Origin: a virus | Taxonomy: Duplodnaviria > Heunggongvirae > Uroviricota > Caudoviricetes | Direction: 5' to 3' (one strand) | DNA: 31,073 nt | IMG/VR virus record: IMGVR_UViG_2602041669_000008 | Shown here: piece after piece, positions 24,761-31,073 of the stretch | How the letters are laid out: every line of letters starts with the position of its first letter | How positions within the stretch are numbered: the first letter of the stretch is position 1 | Notes under the pieces: generated by a model | What the model was told of the DNA's origin: nothing | The model's database searches: none | What the model saw: only the letters and a program-made list of their open reading frames with translations | Made by a program: the position numbers and the translations under genes

Positions 24761-25462
24761 TTATTCTGATTCTCGCTCAAAAAATGAGCTGATAAGGGGA
24801 AGCCAATCCTCTGACACTTCGCGAGGTCGCGGTTTGCCGTGGAAAAAGATTATTCGGCAGTCTTTTGGTAATGCCCCATTCCCCCTGGAGTAACGCGCGC
24901 TCGCATATTTTGAACCAGGTTCCACAACATCGGCCTTGTAACTTACAAACCATCCTGGATACAGATCCTGAAATGCTGGTGTATCATCGCCCATAACCTT
25001 TCGTAAGAACCCCTGGTCACCCCAACACTCAGTAGTGACACAACGAGAAATCCAACCTTCCGGATCTTGCCAGAATGAACTCCAGATATGCGCTTTAACA
25101 CTATTTGGTATCCACAGGGCACCGCTGCCACGATATTGTGGATGGTAAAAATCCCTAAGCATGGTGAAGCTGGTTGGTGGATGCTCTAGGATTGGGCGTA
25201 TATCACCGGCAATAACCGTGTCCAAATCCAGATAGAACAGATCATCGGTTATATCCGGTCGGAACAACTCGATTTTCGCCCACCAGCCACGGCACTTTTG
25301 CCACTGGTTGATCAATGGGACAACTTTGACGCCAGGTACATGTAAACGCTTCAGGTCTGTCAGGCAAATAATTTCATAGCCTTTTGGCAGTTGATTAACC
25401 AGCCACTGCACATCGGAAGCGTTATAGTCACCACCAGAGCGAAAAACTAAAGCAATCTTCAT
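24761..25462 (-). CDS. Putative nucleotide-sugar glycosyltransferase-like protein (233 aa)
   Basis: DxD-like motif YLDLDTV with upstream W-rich segment; start overlaps the stop of the phosphatase gene. Confidence 0.5.
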   Translation of the reverse strand: MKIALVFRSGGDYNASDVQWLVNQLPKGYEIICLTDLKRLHVPGVKVVPLINQWQKCRGWWAKIELFRPDITDDLFYLDLDTVIAGDIRPILEHPPTSFTMLRDFYHPQYRGSGALWIPNSVKAHIWSSFWQDPEGWISRCVTTECWGDQGFLRKVMGDDTPAFQDLYPGWFVSYKADVVEPGSKYASARYSRGNGALPKDCRIIFFHGKPRPREVSEDWLPLISSFFERESE

Positions 25463-26151
25463 GCTGCACCATCACCTTTCACTTTCATCAATGTCAGGTT
25501 TCCGCAAAATACGGCACCAGTGTCGATATACTGCTGATTCCAGAATGTCTTCGGGCTTTTCACCGGAGTGTGACCAAAGATAAAACGATCTGCGCCCGAA
25601 ATTTCGCCACCAATATCATCCATCGAATCACTGATACGCTCGCGCGCCCAGACAACGTTGAAAAGCGGCACCTCCTTACCGAATTGGTATTCATTATCCG
25701 GATAGTCGGCATGGGCTATAACGATAGTTTCTTGCCCGGTGTTCAACTCAATGATATAGGGCAGACGCTTTACCAGCTCCACCAGCGCCCAGGCTAATAT
25801 TTCCTGATCAGTGTCCAGCATGAAGAACCATTGTCCGCCATTCATTAGCCAGTTATTCACGTTGCCATCTGGACTTAACGCATCAATCATCAGCCGCTCA
25901 TGGTTCCCCATCACTGCCCTGAACCAGGGCATCTGCAATAGTTCCAGACATTCGACATTTTCAGTACCGCGATCGATAAGGTCGCCGACCGATATCAGTA
26001 AATCCTGCGCCGGGTCAAAATCCACACGATGGAGTTCGGACATCAGTCTGGTGTAGCAACCATGCAGATCACCAACAACCCAGACATTCCTGTATTTGGT
26101 ACCGTCGATACGGTGATAAATTGTGGGTGCCATCATGTATTCTTCAGCCAT
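25459..26151 (-). CDS. ppp: Ser/Thr protein phosphatase, lambda-PPase-like metallophosphatase (230 aa)
   Basis: Motifs GDLHG, GDLIDRG, GNHE. Confidence 0.85.
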   Translation of the reverse strand: MAEEYMMAPTIYHRIDGTKYRNVWVVGDLHGCYTRLMSELHRVDFDPAQDLLISVGDLIDRGTENVECLELLQMPWFRAVMGNHERLMIDALSPDGNVNNWLMNGGQWFFMLDTDQEILAWALVELVKRLPYIIELNTGQETIVIAHADYPDNEYQFGKEVPLFNVVWARERISDSMDDIGGEISGADRFIFGHTPVKSPKTFWNQQYIDTGAVFCGNLTLMKVKGDGAA

Positions 26152-26759
26152 TCTTTAAGAGTCATCTGCGGAATACCTCCCATTTTCCCGCATGAAACAA
26201 CGTCAATCCGTTCACGCGCAGACTGGAATAACAAAGGCAGGTGACTTAGATTTTTTGGCGTGCCGCCGGAGTGAACGCGTGGTTCTTGTGTAGCGTCAAC
26301 GCCCACCAGGGCGACATGTTTGAATCCGATATGGAAAGCCAGGTTCAGAGCACCATATGCACTATTGCCGCTGGCAATTTCATTCTCATCTTCGCAAAGT
26401 CCGAAATGTGCGGACCAGCGCCACGCCCACCACTCGGGAGAATTCGTATTTTTTGGCTCCATGCCACGTTCAGCCACACGACGGAAGCACAGAACGCCGT
26501 CTCTGACTTCACGTTCTTTAACATCGGGTAGTGCCATGCAATAACAAACACCACGGCGACGGCGGCCACGACCAACGCGCCGCATATTGTCTGGCGATGG
26601 ATCAAGTGTGAAAAAATAAGAAGCGCGGTTCAGCCAGTCGATGGCCCCATTGACCGCTATAATCGGCACTCCGCGCGGCGCAACAAAGTTTGCGGCGCTT
26701 GGGCCACTGCCGACGATAATAACGCGATCACTGCCTCTAAATTTATTCTTGGGAAACAT
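26133..26759 (-). CDS. Rossmann-like protein with GSGPS motif, DUF115/Maf-like (208 aa)
   Basis: N-terminal [10 protein letters not shown]...IIAVNGA; AGGAG upstream of the ATG. Confidence 0.55.
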   Translation of the reverse strand: MFPKNKFRGSDRVIIVGSGPSAANFVAPRGVPIIAVNGAIDWLNRASYFFTLDPSPDNMRRVGRGRRRRGVCYCMALPDVKEREVRDGVLCFRRVAERGMEPKNTNSPEWWAWRWSAHFGLCEDENEIASGNSAYGALNLAFHIGFKHVALVGVDATQEPRVHSGGTPKNLSHLPLLFQSARERIDVVSCGKMGGIPQMTLKEWLKNT

Positions 26760-27319
26760 TGAATTGCACTGCTCCTACTTGCATTCAAAATATGTAAATC
26801 TGCGTGTTTTTTGCGGGTATCCAGGAACTGCTGTTGCCATTTTGAAATAGACACCTGCGTTGGATTCCGTAGTGCTTGAGGGTGCGCGCCATGCCAATGA
26901 AGGCCGTTTTGCAGAGAACAGTCATAGCCGACTAATACCACTACTTCAGCCCCTGATTCAGCAGCCAGACTGATAGCCTGCGCGCCGCTATTTACCCCTT
27001 CCGCCGGTCCACAATATCGCCTGTACTCCAACGAAAATGATTTCGCCGCCGCCAGGTTGGCTGTCACTTTGCGGAATCTCCCTCCCGGTATGGTGGATCC
27101 GTATTGCTTCCACCATGACAAATCACCGGCGTATAAGGCATAAATGTCATCGAACATCTGCCAGGAATTGTTAACCGCGATGATTGAACAGCCAGTTTTT
27201 TCTATAGCAGCACAGTCCTCACGAGTGAGTGACGGACCGCTACCGACACAAAAAACAGTCCTAGTCGCCCTGGGTGGTATGTTCATTCTCAGCTGCAAAT
27301 TCAGCCTCCAGGCGAGCAT
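26657..27319 (-). CDS. Paralog of the preceding DUF115/Maf-like protein (220 aa)
   Basis: N-terminal VFCVGSGPS...IIAVNNS; its 3' end overlaps the downstream paralog by 103 nt in another frame. Confidence 0.55.
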   Translation of the reverse strand: MLAWRLNLQLRMNIPPRATRTVFCVGSGPSLTREDCAAIEKTGCSIIAVNNSWQMFDDIYALYAGDLSWWKQYGSTIPGGRFRKVTANLAAAKSFSLEYRRYCGPAEGVNSGAQAISLAAESGAEVVVLVGYDCSLQNGLHWHGAHPQALRNPTQVSISKWQQQFLDTRKKHADLHILNASRSSAIQCFPRINLEAVIALLSSAVAQAPQTLLRRAECRL

Positions 27320-27482
27320 TCATTTCAGCGATTACAGGGTCCACTACAGCATCTGTTTCCTGTTCATTACGCGGCATGATCGATGCCAGCGATTCATAAT
27401 TAGCCTTGGATGACACGACTATTCTCCCGATGTTAATGTGCGCTATATCAAATGGCGCATATGTACTAATTAATTTATTATT

Positions 27483-28061
27483 TTAAGCAGCATGCAACCA
27501 CTTGTCGCCGTTCAATACATGCTCAATAGCCTCACCCTTTTTAAGGCTTATGTATTCCAGGATGGCGGTTATCGCTTGTTCTGCACCATACGCAAGAACG
27601 ACGTAGTAACCTTCCTCTCTAAGCCTGCGCATCCAGGCGATCTGCTCTTTCGTCGGGGCTTTACCATTTGGTTCTTTAAGCTCAATTCGCATGCCGTGAT
27701 AAATACCGCATGCTTTATCGAGACTCATGTCCGGATAACCTTTTTTCTGCCCTTCAGCTTTCATTTTCCCGGCGGTTGCTTTTGAACGTTTCCCTCCGTT
27801 AGGCGTTGCATGCAACAGCTCATAGATGTCAGGGTGCTTGCGTTCGAAGTAATCAAAAATGAAAACCTGCTCGAAGTGCTCGCAATTTCCGTCGCGCAGG
27901 TCTGGGTTCTTTGCCAGTGCTGCAAGTGCCTTCGCATGTGGAGAAACTTCTTTTACCGGCGCAAGCGATAAGAATGGATCCTTTTTGGTTTTTGGCCTGG
28001 ACCGCCCCTTATTTCTACGCTCACTAAAAGCCTGAAACTCTTCCTCAGTAAAGCGCAACAT
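27483..28061 (-). CDS. VRR-NUC-like (PD-(D/E)xK) nuclease domain protein (192 aa)
   Basis: Motif ...GYPDMSLD...GMRIELK consistent with D...E-x-K. Confidence 0.6.
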   Translation of the reverse strand: MLRFTEEEFQAFSERRNKGRSRPKTKKDPFLSLAPVKEVSPHAKALAALAKNPDLRDGNCEHFEQVFIFDYFERKHPDIYELLHATPNGGKRSKATAGKMKAEGQKKGYPDMSLDKACGIYHGMRIELKEPNGKAPTKEQIAWMRRLREEGYYVVLAYGAEQAITAILEYISLKKGEAIEHVLNGDKWLHAA

Positions 28062-28063
28062 AA

Positions 28064-28309
28064 TCAGTCAAATCCTGCCGGTCGCATGCCATATTTACGC
28101 TGTTTTGCGGCCTGCTCTTCCCTGTGCCATTGCGCACATTCAGCGTCACAATAAATGCCTGATTCAATCGATTCATTGCAGTAACGACACTTCCCTGTAA
28201 ATACCTGGCTCACGACCTGTGCCTGCTTTCTGATGTTATCGATGGCCATGTCTTTGAGAGCTTCTAACTGATTCATGCTCAGCTCTGCATCATCAACACG
28301 TTCTGCCAA
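28064..28309 (-). CDS. TraR/DksA-type C4 zinc-finger protein (70-81 aa)
   Basis: CRYC-x9-CDAEC; TTG at 28309 has GAGGA 7 nt upstream; alternative ATG at 28276. Confidence 0.55.
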   Translation of the reverse strand: MAERVDDAELSMNQLEALKDMAIDNIRKQAQVVSQVFTGKCRYCNESIESGIYCDAECAQWHREEQAAKQRKYGMRPAGFD

Positions 28310-28366
28310 TTTTGTTTCCTCGTGAAGAACCTACTTAAGGGCAGAATGATACATTTCACAATCAAA

Positions 28367-28383
28367 ATTGCACTAATAATTTT
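28367..28383 (+). promoter_or_regulatory. C1 operator-like site (ATTGCACTAATAATTTT, 15/17) in a divergent promoter region
   Basis: Direct read; a TAGAAT -10-like hexamer follows at about 28421. Confidence 0.5.
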
Positions 28384-28455
28384 CTTTTATTGAGTTAAAT
28401 ATTCAACAAATGACTAGCGGTAGAATCACCATCATCTATTTCTGGCAGGCTGACT

Positions 28456-28833
28456 ATGGCTACATCAATCACTACAACCCAAAGCACCCGGCAATATCCT
28501 CTGTCGCGCTATGACGACCGCAACATAGCCGATCCAATACTCAGGGCAGAGCTACGCAAAGAGGTGATGCTTATGTGTGAATCGAACGACAAGAATCTGA
28601 CGATTTATTACGTTCTTCCCGATGAGCAATATCGCCCGGATTTGCTGGCTTACCGTATGTGGGGCATAGCAGAGCTACGCTGGGTTGTGACGCTCGCCGC
28701 CGGGCTTGAGGATGAGTCTCAGGGTATGACTGTTGGCAAAAAATTAAAACCCCCCCCTGCCACATGGATCCGCGAAATGATTCGCCATTTCCAATATGAC
28801 GGCCAGGTGATAGGGACATTATCCATTGCGTAA
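28456..28833 (+). CDS. Hypothetical protein (125 aa)
   Basis: Track ORF; first gene of the plus-strand operon. Confidence 0.5.
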   Translation: MATSITTTQSTRQYPLSRYDDRNIADPILRAELRKEVMLMCESNDKNLTIYYVLPDEQYRPDLLAYRMWGIAELRWVVTLAAGLEDESQGMTVGKKLKPPPATWIREMIRHFQYDGQVIGTLSIA

Positions 28834-28842
28834 GGGAAATGA

Positions 28843-30060
28843 ATGCCAACTGAATATGCTCGCGACAACCTTGGTCGCTATCAGACTGATGGATTAAGTG
28901 CAAAAGACTTTAATAAGGTCTTCGATCTTATCCGTAAACAGCAGCGTCAGAATCGGCGAAACGCGCGACGTACACTCACCCCAAGGATTATGGGGATGCG
29001 CAACCGCGAACTTGAGGCATTCCTCAGCCTTGGTAAAAAGAAAGATGGCACCTACTTTACGCCAGAAGATATACGCAGCTTCAACACCTCAAGGCAGGCT
29101 CATAAAACAAAATTCAAGAGCACGGTACCCGGCATTACCTATGCTCAGCTGGTGGCGCAGTCCACCAGCATTGATATAAAACGCGCTAACAACAAAGTTT
29201 CTGATGGCACAGGGATCAAAGCCGCGACATTCCTCGGGCTAAAACACAACCTTGCATTGATATCTGTTAATGCCTCGGATGAGTCGGTCCACCAGCATCA
29301 CCGTGTCAGAATTCGATTTGAGGAATGGGATAAAGCCGTTGAGGAAATTGCTGAAGACGGTGCGAAAAAAGCCCGAATCGCTGCCGATCTCTGCAAGGGC
29401 CGGGTATCTTTCGACTGTGATTGTGGACGCCATCAATACTGGTATCGTTATATGGCCACGGCTGGTAACTATGCTGTCGCGCCGCCAAAAGAGTATGCAT
29501 TCCCCAAGATCCGCAACCCTGATCTGACTGGTGTGGCCTGCAAACATGTGTTGCACGCTATGACGCGTTTTCAGTCTCCCACATGGCACAAGGCCATCAT
29601 TATTGCCCTGGAAAAAGCAGCTGAACAGGTAGCCTTCGGCGATGACAAGCGGAAGACAACAACCTATTTCAAAGGCGAACTGGCTAAATCGCTCGCGCGC
29701 AACCGGACAACAACGACGGATCAGGCTAAAGCTGCGCGTGAGTATGAGCTGTATCTGAAATCTCAGGATGCATTAGGCAAAAAACTACGCGCAAAAGATA
29801 GCGCCACGGACAACGTTCGCCGGTTGTTAAAAAAAGCTCGCACCACGGCAAACAGGAAGAATGCCGAACTAAAAGCATCGCGGGTGAGGGAAGCCCAGGC
29901 TCGCGCTGAAGCCGACGCTCTCAAAAAAGCCCTGCAAACGCAGGCGAACAACCTCATAAAGTTTTTCATGAGTCAGGGAATGGACAAGGCCGCTGCCACT
30001 GCGCAGGCGCGAAGCATTCTTGAGACACAAATTAACGAAGCCCGTAAACGGAAAGGATAA
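28843..30060 (+). CDS. Hypothetical basic protein with SWIM-type zinc-finger pattern (405 aa)
   Basis: CDCGRH...x26...CKH (CxCxnCxH); AAGGGA 6 nt upstream of the ATG. Confidence 0.6.
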   Translation: MPTEYARDNLGRYQTDGLSAKDFNKVFDLIRKQQRQNRRNARRTLTPRIMGMRNRELEAFLSLGKKKDGTYFTPEDIRSFNTSRQAHKTKFKSTVPGITYAQLVAQSTSIDIKRANNKVSDGTGIKAATFLGLKHNLALISVNASDESVHQHHRVRIRFEEWDKAVEEIAEDGAKKARIAADLCKGRVSFDCDCGRHQYWYRYMATAGNYAVAPPKEYAFPKIRNPDLTGVACKHVLHAMTRFQSPTWHKAIIIALEKAAEQVAFGDDKRKTTTYFKGELAKSLARNRTTTTDQAKAAREYELYLKSQDALGKKLRAKDSATDNVRRLLKKARTTANRKNAELKASRVREAQARAEADALKKALQTQANNLIKFFMSQGMDKAAATAQARSILETQINEARKRKG

Positions 30061-30792
<732 letters not shown>

Positions 30793-30810
30793 TCAGGAAT
30801 GGCTACTGGC

Positions 30811-31073
30811 TGAACCGCCCCGGAAATCCTGGAGACTAAACTCCCTGAGAAAGAGGTAAACAGGATGACTAAAAATACTCGTTTTTCCCCCGAAGTCCGT
30901 CAGCGGGCGATTCGTATGGTTCTGGAAAGTCAGGATGAATATGACTCACAGTGGGCGGCAATTTGTTCCATTGCCCCAAAGATTGGCTGTACGCCGGAGA
31001 CTCTGCGTGTCTGGGTTCGCCAGCATGAGCGGGATACCGGGGGCGGTGATGGTGGGCTCACCAGCGCTGAACG
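30811..31073 (+). mobile_element. IS3-family insertion sequence, left end and start of orfA (IS629/IS1203-like), truncated by the window edge
   Basis: Terminal TGAACCGCCCCGG... begins 18 bp after the stop of the 242-aa gene; orfA N-terminus [64 protein letters not shown]. Confidence 0.8.
30865..31073 (+). CDS. IS3-family transposase OrfA (HTH part), 3' end outside the window
   Basis: ATG 30865 preceded by GAGG; open to the window end; sequence recognised from memory. Confidence 0.8.
   Translation, partial: MTKNTRFSPEVRQRAIRMVLESQDEYDSQWAAICSIAPKIGCTPETLRVWVRQHERDTGGGDGGLTSAE

Overview
This window is a segment of a P1-like phage-plasmid, read in reverse orientation relative to the usual P1 map. 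The identification rests on direct sequence reads: a perfect 34-bp loxP site (5861-5894) next to a near-canonical Cre recombinase, a 283-aa C1-type repressor preceded by a 69-aa Coi-sized ORF, the PacA/PacB packaging pair with the hexanucleotide pac site inside pacA, Phd/Doc, a UmuD'-like HumD behind a LexA box, a theta-like Hot, a Ref-type HNH nuclease, and at least ten copies of the 17-bp C1 operator motif. Family names, P1 gene sizes and the P1 gene order are from memory and could not be searched. The most unusual features are (1) two icd-like/antirepressor modules present as ~1.2-kb direct repeats that flank loxP-cre-immC, each preceded by its own C1 operator and a different structured leader; (2) a two-gene cassette between loxP and cre that is translationally coupled to cre; (3) a strand-fixed 11-nt motif TGATTGATTGG at four sites, two of which look like small terminator-bounded RNA genes, one antisense to a 28-aa hydrophobic peptide; (4) a long leftward accessory operon with several tiny membrane-peptide ORFs, a low-GC sub-module, and a glycosyltransferase/phosphatase cluster. 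A partial IS3-family element ends the window. ORF boundaries follow the supplied track; all other coordinates were hand-indexed and may be off by 1-2 bp.
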